A program made the position numbers and the translations under genes. From NCBI GenBank assembly GCA_041651055.1, contig JBAZJW010000003.1, forward strand, positions 18,089 to 82,088: 64,000 nucleotides of DNA. The letters run 5' to 3'. This stretch comes from Minisyncoccota bacterium. Its GTDB lineage: Bacteria; Patescibacteriota; Minisyncoccia; Phycocordibacterales; UBA5272. Under the pieces are notes generated by a model that had not been told where the DNA came from, did not search any database, and worked only from the letters and a program-made list of their open reading frames with translations. Positions 1 to 10,565 of this stretch are shown piece by piece (positions within the stretch are counted from its first letter, which is position 1; every line of letters starts with the position of its first letter).

Positions 1-15
1 GCTTCGAACGTTCTC

Positions 16-3000
16 GTGGATACGACCTCACCTTCATTGAATTTCACATATCCGACGACGGATAATGGCTCGTTTATCAACGTGAATTACTCGCAGGTGA
101 ATATTTCGATTACTGAGCAGAACCTTGATTCGTTCAAGTTCAACTGGAACGGGACGAATTACTCTATATATGACGACTCTCTTGTTTTGGCGTTGAACTT
201 TAACAATAATTCGGCGATAGGGGAGAATTCAACAAGGTTTGTAGATATCTCTAAGTATGAAAATAATGGTACATGCTCAGGTTCTACATGTCCTACTTAT
301 ACAAGTACAGGAAAGTTCAATGGAGCATATCAGTTTGATGGAATAGAAGATTACATAGATCTTAATCAAACTGATTTGATATGGAATTATAGCACATCAA
401 ATAGTTTATATTTCTGGATTAAAGTAAACTCATTATTTCCTGAGTTTCCAGTAATAGCAAACTTTAAGACAAGTAATAACACTGGAATAGGAATCTTCTT
501 ATATGATGGAGTTGATATCTGTTCAAATGTTGATGATATTAGAATTAGAACTGATGGAGACATAAGTGGTTCATTTGTTGGAACATGGAAGAATGTAGTA
601 ATAACATATAATGGCGTTAATAAGTCAGATACTTCTAATTATAAGATATATGTTGATGGAGTTTCACAAGTTCTTGTGTATGGGATTCCTTGGAATGCAC
701 CTTATATAAATCTTATTGGAGTTAATGAAGTAGGGGCTTCTGATGATTACTTAACTGGTTCTCTTGATGAGATAAGATTATATAGGAGAGAACTAAGTCA
801 AGAAGAGATATTATTTATGTATGAGTCTGAATTAAGTAAATATAATTCTACTGAATACAGATTCTATTCTAACATTACAAATATTTCTGAAGGTTCTTAC
901 CAATACTATGGATGGGCTAATGATAGTGCTGGGAATAGCGGAGTTAGTGAAACAAGAAGTCTTACAGTTGATATGATCTATCCACTAGTGTCGATAATAT
1001 CAGGTCCATTGAATCATAGCAGACAGACAACCAATTATACCATTATTAATTCAAGCATTAGAGAAGACAAGTTAAATAGTTCAGGAATAATACTTGATGG
1101 AGTTGACTACCCAATCTATGATGACTCCCTAGTATTAGCGATGAATTTCAACAATAATTCAGCGATAGGGGAGAATGAGACAAGAGTTGTAGATATATCA
1201 AGATATAGTAATAATTTAACACTTGGAACTAATTCAACAAATATTCCAACATATGTGAATGGAAGATATAATTACGGAATACAATTTGATGGAAGTGATG
1301 ACATAGCACAAACAATAGAACAGATTCCAGATACAAACTCAATTACAATAGAAGGTTGGTTTTGGACTTCAAACCAAAGTTATGTGCTTGGAGCAACAAG
1401 AGCAATATATACTACCCCAAATTGCTATACTAATGATTGTGGTTTTGATTTTAAGATAGGCCCTACTGGTTTTGGATTTTTAGTAGAAACTGATAACCTG
1501 ACAGAAGGATATTGCTATGCTCCTGTCGCTAATGATTCATGGCATCACTTGGTTGCGACTTATAGTTCAGGAAATATAATTTTATATGTTGATGGAGTAC
1601 TAACAAACTCAACAATGCTAGTAGGAAGCACAGGAATTGATTTTGGAAACCGTAAGATATATTTTTCTAATTTAGGGAAATATAAAGGAAAAATTGATGA
1701 AGTACGTATCTGGAACAGAGTTCTTTCAGCAGCAGAAATTGCTTTACATTATCAATCCGAGTTTAAGAAATACAATTCAACAGAGTACAGACTATGGATA
1801 AATATAACAGAACAAAGCAAAGGAAAACACGACTACAGCATCTATGCAAGTGACGACTACCTATACAATGAGACTGAGACAAGGACATACACAATATCAA
1901 CTGCTCCAGTATTAGAGTTCGAATATCCAACAGAAGACAATAGATCAGTAATTGATAGGAATTATACTGAGATAAATATATCAATAAAAGAAGAGAACTT
2001 AGATGTATTGAATGTAAACTGGAATGGAATCCAATATAATGTAACTGAAGGATTACTATTGGGACTTGACTTTGATAACAATTCAAGAATAGGAGAGAAT
2101 GACTCAACATTCGTAGACATATCGCAGTATAACAATAATGGATCATGTTCTGGAACAAGTTGCCCTACTTTTAATGCAAGTGGAAGATTCAACGGAGCAT
2201 ACCAATTTGACGGAACAGATGATTACATAGAATTAGGAAATGATAATAGCTTAGATGTTACAAGTGAATTAACTGTTGAAGGATGGATCAAAGGGAACCC
2301 ACAAGAAGGAAAAGTAATAATAGCAAAATATGATTATGGTTTATCTAAGAGAACTTACTCATTAATGTCTGGAATAGTTTCACAAGATAAATTACTGATT
2401 GTTTTATCTGATGATGGTTCTAATATAGATAAATTGTATGAGAGTAGTATCACAACATTAGATAATACATGGAAGCATATAGCTTTAACATTTAATGGTA
2501 CTGATATATCTATTTATATTAATGGAGTACTTGACAATTCACCAACTAAAACAGTGGATGATCCGATAAATGGACTATATTCTTCAGATGCTAATACAAG
2601 CATCGGAGCATATGTGTTATCTTCCGGAGTTAAAGAAGCATTCTTCAATGGTTCAATAGATAAGCTGAGAGTATATAACAAAACACTAAGCCAAGAAGAT
2701 ATATTGTTTATCTATGACTCAGAATACAGCAAATATAATACAAGTGAATACAGGTTCTATAAGAATATAAGTGGTCTAAGTTATGGAGTGTATATGCATT
2801 CTGCATGGGCGAATGATACTGCTGGAAACTATAACTCAACAGGTACAAGGAAATTAACCTGTGATCTTGACGTTGAACTGATATTCAGTGAATGGTGTTA
2901 TCAGGAATCAGCTACAGTATTCAATCAAAGTGGAATGGATGGAAGTTGTGGTCTTAGATACAATGGATCATATTCTCTTCCAACACTGTATCACCCGATC

Positions 3001-5595
3001 AATATCGTAGATGGTAATGATTCGACAAGCGCTACTGGAAGCTATCTATATGTCAATTACACCAAACCAGATAATTCTGTTAATACAAGTTTATGGAGAG
3101 TTAAAGCAGTGTTTGAGGAATCAGCTGAGATAAGGAATCTATCAATACCTTATCCCTGTTGGAATTACTCTGAAGTTACATTAAATCTAAGAGCTTATGC
3201 GTGTGGATTCGATTGGTATTCATGTTCTTCAGAGGATGATGATTCAGTAGGGTTCTCCTGTTGGAATGGAAGCAGTTGGCAGAACATATACAATCATAGC
3301 AATGTTTCAGTCCAATATTCTATGTATGAGGAAGGGATGTGGTGGAATATAAGCGAGGAAAAGTATTCTTTTTACTCATGGAATGGAAACAAGTGGATAT
3401 ATGATATGGAACCTTTGATAAGGGTTAATTGGAGCTGTCCAAGAGGGAAGAACTACTGCACTCCAAGATATCAGAATAGCAGTCAGGGAGTTATGATGAT
3501 ATATAATAAGAGAAACATGAGTGGAGCATATATGAGACTCAATCAAACATCTGATTATATTACTGTATTCTGCGGAAACAACGCATCATATACTTCTGAT
3601 TATGTTAGAACCATTAATACTGATTGGAAGAAGGTATGCGATCTTGACATATATGAGAATTGTACCTTGTGGTGTTGGGTTAACAACTCACTTAACTCTT
3701 CTTTGTATGGTTATTCTTCTTTTTTGTTTGATATGAACTTCTCTAATTTCCCTACGATATACTTTGAAGAACCAACTGAAGACAATGGCACATATATCTC
3801 TGAGAACCATACCAAGATAGTGTTGTATTCTTCTTTTACTGATGAGGATGCTGCTTCTAATATTTCATTCAATTGGAATGATGAGATTAATATGAGTATA
3901 TTTGATGATTCTCTTGTTCTAAGTTTGAACTTCGACAATAACTCATATATCGGGGAGAATTCTATTACTGCTAAAGACACATCAAAATATAATGCAACAA
4001 TAACACATTCACTTCAATCTATAGAAGGTAAATTTGGAAAAGCATTAAACTATACTGGAAGTTCGGGTACTGGAATAGCTGGTTCTCCTTATGACATATA
4101 TGATACTCCACAATTCACTTTGGAAGCATGGATATACCAGTTAAACAGGACTGGAACAGTTGCAAATAAAGGGATTGTTGCAGGTAGAAGTTTTCGATGG
4201 CCATACTGTATGTATATATCAAATACAGGATATATTGTTAGTGGATTAACTTGGTCAGATGATAATACAGAGTATACTACAGTCAGCAATAATATAATTC
4301 CTCTCAATACATGGACACATGTTGCATTATCTTATAATGGTAGCCACGTAATTACCTGGATAAACGGAGTATTTGATAAATCTACTGCAAAAAACAAAGA
4401 CTTGAAACTTGGAACAAATAACAATTTCAAGATAGGTTATTTGGATACTACGAACTACTTTAACGGAACAATAGATGAAGTTAGATTATATAATAGAAGT
4501 CTTTCAAATGAAGAGATAAGATTACACTACTTAATTAACTTAAAGTATAAACTGCCAAATGAATATGAGATAACCATGAATATAACAAACCTAACAGATG
4601 GAGAATACCACTACCAAGGATGGTCCCAGAATAGCGAGGGACATGGGGCTGAAACAGAAAGAAGAACACTATATGTCAATAAAGAAGCTCCAGTGTTGAC
4701 CTTCCAAGACCCTACCCCCATAGATGAGGAATCTTTAACCAATAATTGGGTAGATATCAATGTAAGTATATCGGATGTTGCTAGGAATACTTTTGGAGTA
4801 ACATGGGGATCAACCAACTGCTCAATAGACGATACCTATCTTAAATTAGCTTTAAACTTCAACAATAACTCAGAGATAGGAGACAACTCAACATATTCAG
4901 TGGATATATCAAGATATGAGAACAATGGAGTAATATCTAATGGAAGCTATGTTGAAGGAAAGTTTGGACTTGGATTAAACTTCAATACTTCATCAAGAAT
5001 AACAATACAAGATATGAGTAACATATCCAAGAGCTATACAATAATGCATTGGCTTAAACCTAACCCAACATCATACAATTATCCTCCAATATTATACAAG
5101 AAATCAGGTAATAATGGATTCCTTGAATACTTTAGAAAGGCTACAAATGAGGTAAGACTAGTCATGTATAACTCATCTGGAACCAATTTTGAATGCCAAC
5201 AAACAAGCGACTACTGGATCAACACATGGAAACAAGTAGTGTGGACATATTCCAATTATAGCGGAGAGACAAAGTTATACCTTGACGGAACACTATCAAA
5301 GACATGCACAAACCAAAAAGACATAATAACGAACAGTGCGGACCTATTGATCGGATCAGATGGAACATACGGATACAATGGAACAATAGACGAGTTAAGG
5401 ATATATAGTAGAGTGTTGTCAGCAGAGGAAATAGCAATACAATATAAATCAGAATACACAAGATATAATGACAGTACTTATAGATTCATAACTAATATGA
5501 GCGCTGGAACAGGAACACAGAAGTTCTCAGCGTGGGCCAAAGACAACATGAACAACTATGGGACAACAGAGATTAGAACAGTATATATCAATTGA
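16..5595 (+). CDS. Multi-LamG (concanavalin A-like) repeat adhesin / tail-fibre-like protein; probably 5'-truncated by the window edge
   Basis: Five modules, each with DDSLVLALNFNNNS-IGEN-like ... G-IDE-RLY-R-LS-EEI LamG signatures; very many N-x-S/T sequons; frame is open from position 1. Confidence 0.8.
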   Translation: MDTTSPSLNFTYPTTDNGSFINVNYSQVNISITEQNLDSFKFNWNGTNYSIYDDSLVLALNFNNNSAIGENSTRFVDISKYENNGTCSGSTCPTYTSTGKFNGAYQFDGIEDYIDLNQTDLIWNYSTSNSLYFWIKVNSLFPEFPVIANFKTSNNTGIGIFLYDGVDICSNVDDIRIRTDGDISGSFVGTWKNVVITYNGVNKSDTSNYKIYVDGVSQVLVYGIPWNAPYINLIGVNEVGASDDYLTGSLDEIRLYRRELSQEEILFMYESELSKYNSTEYRFYSNITNISEGSYQYYGWANDSAGNSGVSETRSLTVDMIYPLVSIISGPLNHSRQTTNYTIINSSIREDKLNSSGIILDGVDYPIYDDSLVLAMNFNNNSAIGENETRVVDISRYSNNLTLGTNSTNIPTYVNGRYNYGIQFDGSDDIAQTIEQIPDTNSITIEGWFWTSNQSYVLGATRAIYTTPNCYTNDCGFDFKIGPTGFGFLVETDNLTEGYCYAPVANDSWHHLVATYSSGNIILYVDGVLTNSTMLVGSTGIDFGNRKIYFSNLGKYKGKIDEVRIWNRVLSAAEIALHYQSEFKKYNSTEYRLWINITEQSKGKHDYSIYASDDYLYNETETRTYTISTAPVLEFEYPTEDNRSVIDRNYTEINISIKEENLDVLNVNWNGIQYNVTEGLLLGLDFDNNSRIGENDSTFVDISQYNNNGSCSGTSCPTFNASGRFNGAYQFDGTDDYIELGNDNSLDVTSELTVEGWIKGNPQEGKVIIAKYDYGLSKRTYSLMSGIVSQDKLLIVLSDDGSNIDKLYESSITTLDNTWKHIALTFNGTDISIYINGVLDNSPTKTVDDPINGLYSSDANTSIGAYVLSSGVKEAFFNGSIDKLRVYNKTLSQEDILFIYDSEYSKYNTSEYRFYKNISGLSYGVYMHSAWANDTAGNYNSTGTRKLTCDLDVELIFSEWCYQESATVFNQSGMDGSCGLRYNGSYSLPTLYHPINIVDGNDSTSATGSYLYVNYTKPDNSVNTSLWRVKAVFEESAEIRNLSIPYPCWNYSEVTLNLRAYACGFDWYSCSSEDDDSVGFSCWNGSSWQNIYNHSNVSVQYSMYEEGMWWNISEEKYSFYSWNGNKWIYDMEPLIRVNWSCPRGKNYCTPRYQNSSQGVMMIYNKRNMSGAYMRLNQTSDYITVFCGNNASYTSDYVRTINTDWKKVCDLDIYENCTLWCWVNNSLNSSLYGYSSFLFDMNFSNFPTIYFEEPTEDNGTYISENHTKIVLYSSFTDEDAASNISFNWNDEINMSIFDDSLVLSLNFDNNSYIGENSITAKDTSKYNATITHSLQSIEGKFGKALNYTGSSGTGIAGSPYDIYDTPQFTLEAWIYQLNRTGTVANKGIVAGRSFRWPYCMYISNTGYIVSGLTWSDDNTEYTTVSNNIIPLNTWTHVALSYNGSHVITWINGVFDKSTAKNKDLKLGTNNNFKIGYLDTTNYFNGTIDEVRLYNRSLSNEEIRLHYLINLKYKLPNEYEITMNITNLTDGEYHYQGWSQNSEGHGAETERRTLYVNKEAPVLTFQDPTPIDEESLTNNWVDINVSISDVARNTFGVTWGSTNCSIDDTYLKLALNFNNNSEIGDNSTYSVDISRYENNGVISNGSYVEGKFGLGLNFNTSSRITIQDMSNISKSYTIMHWLKPNPTSYNYPPILYKKSGNNGFLEYFRKATNEVRLVMYNSSGTNFECQQTSDYWINTWKQVVWTYSNYSGETKLYLDGTLSKTCTNQKDIITNSADLLIGSDGTYGYNGTIDELRIYSRVLSAEEIAIQYKSEYTRYNDSTYRFITNMSAGTGTQKFSAWAKDNMNNYGTTEIRTVYIN

Positions 5596-5614
5596 ATAAG
5601 AAGAGAGGAATAGA

Positions 5615-7327
5615 ATGGTAGATGTAAAAGAGATTGGAGGAAGCGTATGGACCTCTATGGGGATACCTGATGAATTCTCAGTATACATAAATAAGAAGGA
5701 TTATACTGCTCATACTGTGTCATGGAGTCTGACAAAGAAACTAAATGAGATAACAACATTTAAGGCATCACTGCTTGGAATAGATGATGATGAGAAACTG
5801 GATGTGGCTAAAGGAGAAGACATCAACATACTATTCGATGACGGAATAATAATGCAGGGATCAATAGAAAGAGTAACCTATACAACAGATTATAAGACAG
5901 AAGTAGAAGGATATGGGGATGAAGGGAAGATGCTTAAGAAGATAATCCCCGTATGCTGCGAACTATACACTGATTATAAGACTGCAATATATCATATATG
6001 TTCCGAGAATGGGGATGGGATTGAACCATTTTATCTTACCCCTGCACCAAACATAGAAGACCTTGGAATAGTCATAGCTACAATAAAGTATAAGAGCAAA
6101 CTTGAAGCAATATCCGACCTTTGCAAGGTAACGGGGAGAGAATGGTGGGTTGAGACCGATTATGACACATGGATCAGCTACTTATACATGGCATACTTCA
6201 AAGGAAGCGAAGACTCAGTTATAACATTCACCGCAGATGGAACCGCTCCAAACTGCACTGTAATAAGCTACAAACAAGATATTGAGAACTTATGTAACTC
6301 AGTCTATTATACTGGAACAATAAATTCAGTTGAGACCACTGCAAGAATAACTGACTCTTATAGGGTTACTGGTTTGAATTGGGGGGACAAATACACTGGT
6401 CTAACAGTTGACAGCAACTTATATGAGGCAATGGATGATTCACAGACTATTATGAAGTGCAAGAAGAGCGCTAGAACAGCCAATGCAAGGTTTGAAGGTA
6501 GGTATGTAAGCATTGGAAGCGATGAAGTAGCCCTGGTGTCAAGCTTCATAGACATGGGAGACTACTACCAATATGAGATTGTAAGGGATGTGTTACCTGG
6601 TTACCCGGCATCAACCCACCCCATAAGAACAGAGGTGTGTCTTGCTGCAGGAGGTCCAGGAGCGGATGCTTATGTCATTGTATCCGGGAGTGATGAGGAC
6701 TTGGCTGCTTTACCTGCTGTCGGAGTGTTAAAGATAGGATCACAGGATTATATCATATCATCAACCACCACAACTGAAGAGGATGAGGAAGGAAATATGG
6801 TTGGATTGATAAAGATGGAGTCCAGAGGATACCTCGATGAATCCCTGTATACTGAATTACCTTTCAGTCCTGAGATAACCGGTCTACCATACAAACACAG
6901 TGAAGGATCCCTCATATTCTATTGGTATGATATGGCGGTGGCGATATATAACCCAACCCATCCATACAGTGGATCATCTGTAGCCCTTGATGGATTATCA
7001 GAGAAATGGTACTCAGATACTTCAATAGATACATTGGACGGATTGGATCAAGCAGCATATAGTAAGCTGAACACTGAGACAATGAAGACAATAACAATAG
7101 AAGTATGCGACCCATATGAGATATTCCCATTGATAAGGATCGGAGATGTAGTATCATTCAACGATTCAGAGACTACTTTAACAGGAGACTACAGGGTGTT
7201 AGGATATACTCTTGGAATGGATCAAGGACAAATATCTCTTAAATACACAATTAGTCAAAACTATGTGACATGTATTGATGACCTTGCAAAGACAACAAAA
7301 GATGTCAAGAACCTAACACTACATTAA
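5615..7327 (+). CDS. Putative tail / baseplate hub-like protein
   Basis: 570 aa. N-terminal hub-like pattern (WSLTKKLNE..F...G.IERV...VEGY) and C-terminal IRIGDVVSFND..LTGDYRV as in phage tail proteins; follows the adhesin. Confidence 0.55.
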   Translation: MVDVKEIGGSVWTSMGIPDEFSVYINKKDYTAHTVSWSLTKKLNEITTFKASLLGIDDDEKLDVAKGEDINILFDDGIIMQGSIERVTYTTDYKTEVEGYGDEGKMLKKIIPVCCELYTDYKTAIYHICSENGDGIEPFYLTPAPNIEDLGIVIATIKYKSKLEAISDLCKVTGREWWVETDYDTWISYLYMAYFKGSEDSVITFTADGTAPNCTVISYKQDIENLCNSVYYTGTINSVETTARITDSYRVTGLNWGDKYTGLTVDSNLYEAMDDSQTIMKCKKSARTANARFEGRYVSIGSDEVALVSSFIDMGDYYQYEIVRDVLPGYPASTHPIRTEVCLAAGGPGADAYVIVSGSDEDLAALPAVGVLKIGSQDYIISSTTTTEEDEEGNMVGLIKMESRGYLDESLYTELPFSPEITGLPYKHSEGSLIFYWYDMAVAIYNPTHPYSGSSVALDGLSEKWYSDTSIDTLDGLDQAAYSKLNTETMKTITIEVCDPYEIFPLIRIGDVVSFNDSETTLTGDYRVLGYTLGMDQGQISLKYTISQNYVTCIDDLAKTTKDVKNLTLH

Positions 7328-7329
7328 CT

Positions 7330-7430
7330 TATTGCAGTAATATACAATAATACTTCAATAATACTGCAGTAATATATAATAACACCGCAGTATTATTCAA
7401 TACTACTGCAGTATTATTCAATAAGTATAG
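7330..7430. repeat. Phased array of palindromic AATAATACTGCAGTATTATT-like units
   Basis: GCAGT cores at 7334, 7366, 7387 and 7408 (last three spaced 21 bp), followed by an AT-rich tract. Confidence 0.7.
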
Positions 7431-7497
7431 TAGTATATATAGATGTTTGACTATTAAATAATAAATAAAATAATCAAATAAGATCAACACAAACAAA

Positions 7498-8808
7498 ATG
7501 ACAATAATGAAGAATGGAACAATAGTAGAAGATAGAAAACTAACACAAAAAGAAAGATTCGACCTACAACTACTTGAAAGCATAAGATCAATAAGTCCAA
7601 ACTGCATAGGAATAGCCAAAGGAACAAAGATAACAGAAGGAAAAGACACTGGGATGCCAGCATACAAGCTATTCGTAAAGAAGAAACTACCAATAGAAAA
7701 GATACCAACAGGAGAAATGCTTCCAAAAGTGCTTGGAACACAAGATGAAAGACTACCAACAGACGTACAAGAACTAGGAGAGATCTATATAACATCAATG
7801 CTCAAAACCAAAAGAAGCAATAAACAGAAGATAAAGAACATAATACAAAGAATACAAGGAATAAGCAGGACAGACAAGGCAAGACCCTTCAAGATGGGAA
7901 CCAGCGGAGGATGCTGGGACACCACCGCGTTAACCAATGGGATGACCTTCAAACACATAGAATCAGGGAAGAAGGTCATATTCACCAACGGACACGGATC
8001 AGGATGCGACCTAAGAGACGAGATGCCCCTATCAACAGAGAAAAGATACCTACAACCAGGACCAGTAGACGGAGGACAACAAGAAGGAAACGTAGTAGGG
8101 GAGAGACTAAACCTGGTAAGATACAAGGACGGGAAAGGATGGAATGACGGGATGACGGTCATGGTATCCTCGGAAGACTACCTGGATGAGGAGTTGTATG
8201 AATTAGGCAGGGTAGTTGGAGTTGATACGCTGGTGGTCGGGGATAAGGTATTCAAGTCAGGTAGGACGACAGGAAAGACCGAAGGAAACTGCACATCTCT
8301 CAACGCAACAATATCAGTAAACTATGGAAACTACTCCATAACACACCTTGGATGCATACTATTCACAGGGATGAGCGCAGGAGGAGACAGCGGATCAGTG
8401 ATAGTAAAGATCAGGGAAGGTAAGATATATGTGGTAGCCTACCTATTCGCAGGGAATGAATCAGTGACAGTAGCCCATGAAATACAGAACATGATGAGCA
8501 TATTCGGATTAGCCCTAACACAGACAGAAGAACCAAACGATCCAATGGAGAATACTTACACAATGAATGTGGAAATGGAAAAAGAAACAAATGAGACACC
8601 ACAAACATGGACAGTAAAAGGAGTCATAACAGATAAGACAACAAAACAACCAATAAACGGTGTCAATGTAAAGATAGGAGAGATAAACTGCAACACAGGA
8701 TTGGATGGATCATATGCGGTTAAAGGACTCATAAAAGGGACATATAATACGCTGTTCTCAATGAGCGGATACAAGCAGATAAACGGATCAATAGTTCTTG
8801 GAGGATAA
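7498..8808 (+). CDS. Trypsin-like (Nal1-like) serine protease with C-terminal carboxypeptidase-regulatory-like domain
   Basis: Triad motifs TNGH / NDG / AGGDSGS plus VFKSGRTTGKTEG; N-terminal IGIAKGTK..G..TG...LFVKKKLP...PTDVQE; C-terminal VKGVITDKTTKQPINGVNV...TGLDGSY. Confidence 0.8.
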   Translation: MTIMKNGTIVEDRKLTQKERFDLQLLESIRSISPNCIGIAKGTKITEGKDTGMPAYKLFVKKKLPIEKIPTGEMLPKVLGTQDERLPTDVQELGEIYITSMLKTKRSNKQKIKNIIQRIQGISRTDKARPFKMGTSGGCWDTTALTNGMTFKHIESGKKVIFTNGHGSGCDLRDEMPLSTEKRYLQPGPVDGGQQEGNVVGERLNLVRYKDGKGWNDGMTVMVSSEDYLDEELYELGRVVGVDTLVVGDKVFKSGRTTGKTEGNCTSLNATISVNYGNYSITHLGCILFTGMSAGGDSGSVIVKIREGKIYVVAYLFAGNESVTVAHEIQNMMSIFGLALTQTEEPNDPMENTYTMNVEMEKETNETPQTWTVKGVITDKTTKQPINGVNVKIGEINCNTGLDGSYAVKGLIKGTYNTLFSMSGYKQINGSIVLGG

Positions 8809-8819
8809 ATACAGAGTAA

Positions 8820-9434
8820 ATGGACAAAGAAGACATAGGAGAAGAACCGGAAGAGCAAGCACCAGAGATCCAACAAGAAGAATATAATGTGAGGAAACCA
8901 GGGAGAAAGAAAGGATCAACCAATAAAGGAGTAAGGAAAGTATTATGGGACAATCTTCCAATGAATATACAACTGGAGATATGGAAGATGAAAACAGACG
9001 GGGCAAGCATAGCAAAGATCTGTAAATACGTCCACGACCAATACCCAAAGTATACTGCAAGCGAGAAATCAGCAACTAAATTCTTCAACTACCGGAAAGA
9101 GATACTATCAACAGAAGTAGTAAACTCCAAGACCTACCAAGACTCAATAGTTGAAACCTTCTCAGAGATGTGCAAAGACATGAACGTAGTGAGTAAACTG
9201 CTCGTGGAAAGAGCGAAAGAAGAAGCGATAGGGGGTAAAACAGAGGATCTAACTGATGCTGCAGGAGAATTTCTGAACTTCTTCAAAGCACACGGAGACC
9301 TCTTAGAGAAGACTGGAAGACCAGATAGCAATCTGAAACCAGTGAATACAGTACAAGAATTGAAGGACACAGTGAGTGGAATAAAGATAAAGAAGATAAA
9401 CCAGGAAGTAAAAGAAGAAGAGCCGAGCATTTGA
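8820..9434 (+). CDS. DNA-binding protein, possibly small-terminase-like (Mu gp27/DUF3486-like)
   Basis: AT-hook-like RKPGRKKGS, then WDNLPMNIQLEI...GASIAKI helical/HTH pattern and a helical C-terminus. Confidence 0.35.
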   Translation: MDKEDIGEEPEEQAPEIQQEEYNVRKPGRKKGSTNKGVRKVLWDNLPMNIQLEIWKMKTDGASIAKICKYVHDQYPKYTASEKSATKFFNYRKEILSTEVVNSKTYQDSIVETFSEMCKDMNVVSKLLVERAKEEAIGGKTEDLTDAAGEFLNFFKAHGDLLEKTGRPDSNLKPVNTVQELKDTVSGIKIKKINQEVKEEEPSI

Positions 9435-9500
9435 TCATTTAATCAATCAAGCCAATGCAAACAAAGTAAGTAGAACTCTTACTACTTATTAATATCCTAA

Positions 9501-9773
9501 TCACTTCAATTGACCAACATTACCAGAAGGACTTTTACCAACTTCCTTACATATCTGTCTTGGAGTCTTATGCAATGATTCCTCAAAGTCCAACGTATCT
9601 CCTAAACACTTGAATCTATAATTCATCATGCGTTTACAGTAGACACATCTTATTGGAGAATCACTTAGAGGAATACTATATGAGTCTCCGCATTTTGGAC
9701 ACACTGCTTCCTTCAAATAATATTTTCCTCCTCTTATCCCTATCATATCACTTACTTTCCTCATATGAATCAC
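9501..9773 (-). CDS. Small zinc-ribbon protein
   Basis: CPKC...CVYC; overlaps upstream gene (ATGA). Confidence 0.6.
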   Translation of the reverse strand: MIHMRKVSDMIGIRGGKYYLKEAVCPKCGDSYSIPLSDSPIRCVYCKRMMNYRFKCLGDTLDFEESLHKTPRQICKEVGKSPSGNVGQLK

Positions 9774-10042
9774 TTCCTAGAGGTGAATCCTTCCTCCTCG
9801 GTATACTTAAGATCCTTATAGGTGTTTTGTTTGATTGGTGGTTCCTTAGTCATATTATATCCTGTAATACAGAAAAACCAACCTAAAGCTACAAATACTA
9901 TGACATGTAATATATAATCTCTTGGAACGTATGAGACAAGTGTTGCAGCCCCAATCATAGTAGACACTAAGAATGTTATTAGAACAGTAGTGAGGAATAC
10001 TGAGATTACTCCATTTATTATTGCTTTATAAAATCGCTTCAT
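9770..10042 (-). CDS. Small two-TM membrane protein
   Basis: Two hydrophobic segments; coupled start/stop overlaps. Confidence 0.6.
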   Translation of the reverse strand: MKRFYKAIINGVISVFLTTVLITFLVSTMIGAATLVSYVPRDYILHVIVFVALGWFFCITGYNMTKEPPIKQNTYKDLKYTEEEGFTSRK

Positions 10043-10296
10043 TTTGACAACTCCATTACCTCATTAGTTTCTTTGTTTATGATGTCCTCATCATCTAATA
10101 ACAAGATTAAGGATATTCTTGTTGGATTTTTCCATAACTCCCTTAACCAATCCCTTTGTTTTAGAGCTGCTTCAAGAGTTGGAAACCAGGATGAATTCAA
10201 TCTGCCATCAAGAGATATCCATTGAACTCCAAAGTTAAGATTTCCTCTCTCCTCTTTTATTTTTAATGTATGTTCGGTTACTGTTTTTGAATTCAC
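10039..10296 (-). CDS. Hypothetical protein, paralog of 10860..11075
   Basis: Shares VQWISLDGRLNS-W-PTL--A--QRDWLR-LW. Confidence 0.7.
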   Translation of the reverse strand: MNSKTVTEHTLKIKEERGNLNFGVQWISLDGRLNSSWFPTLEAALKQRDWLRELWKNPTRISLILLLDDEDIINKETNEVMELSK

Positions 10297-10565
10297 TGTA
10301 ATACCTTCAGGAATAATTTGTAAAATTCTTCAGGAGATGGAGCTAAAGTGATATATTCAACAAATCCATCAACCAATAAGGTAGGGATAGTTGCCACATT
10401 CTTCATCAATGCCTCAGTATAGTCTTCAGATGTTACGATCATCTTCAACTCATAATCCTTCCCCTCAACCGCTCCAGTTCTTTTAGCCGATTCCAACAAC
10501 TCTTTCTCGAATATCTTGCAATTGGGGCAGTTCTCAGATTTATATAATACTATTCTTGGGTTCAT
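10293..10565 (-). CDS. Thioredoxin/glutaredoxin-like protein
   Basis: LYKSENCPNCK redox motif and NVATIPTLLVDG cis-Pro motif. Confidence 0.8.
   Translation of the reverse strand: MNPRIVLYKSENCPNCKIFEKELLESAKRTGAVEGKDYELKMIVTSEDYTEALMKNVATIPTLLVDGFVEYITLAPSPEEFYKLFLKVLQ

Noticed and set aside
16-7327. Diversity-generating retroelement acting on the adhesin or tail genes
   Set aside because: No reverse transcriptase, and no repeat pair differing only at adenines was seen in the window.
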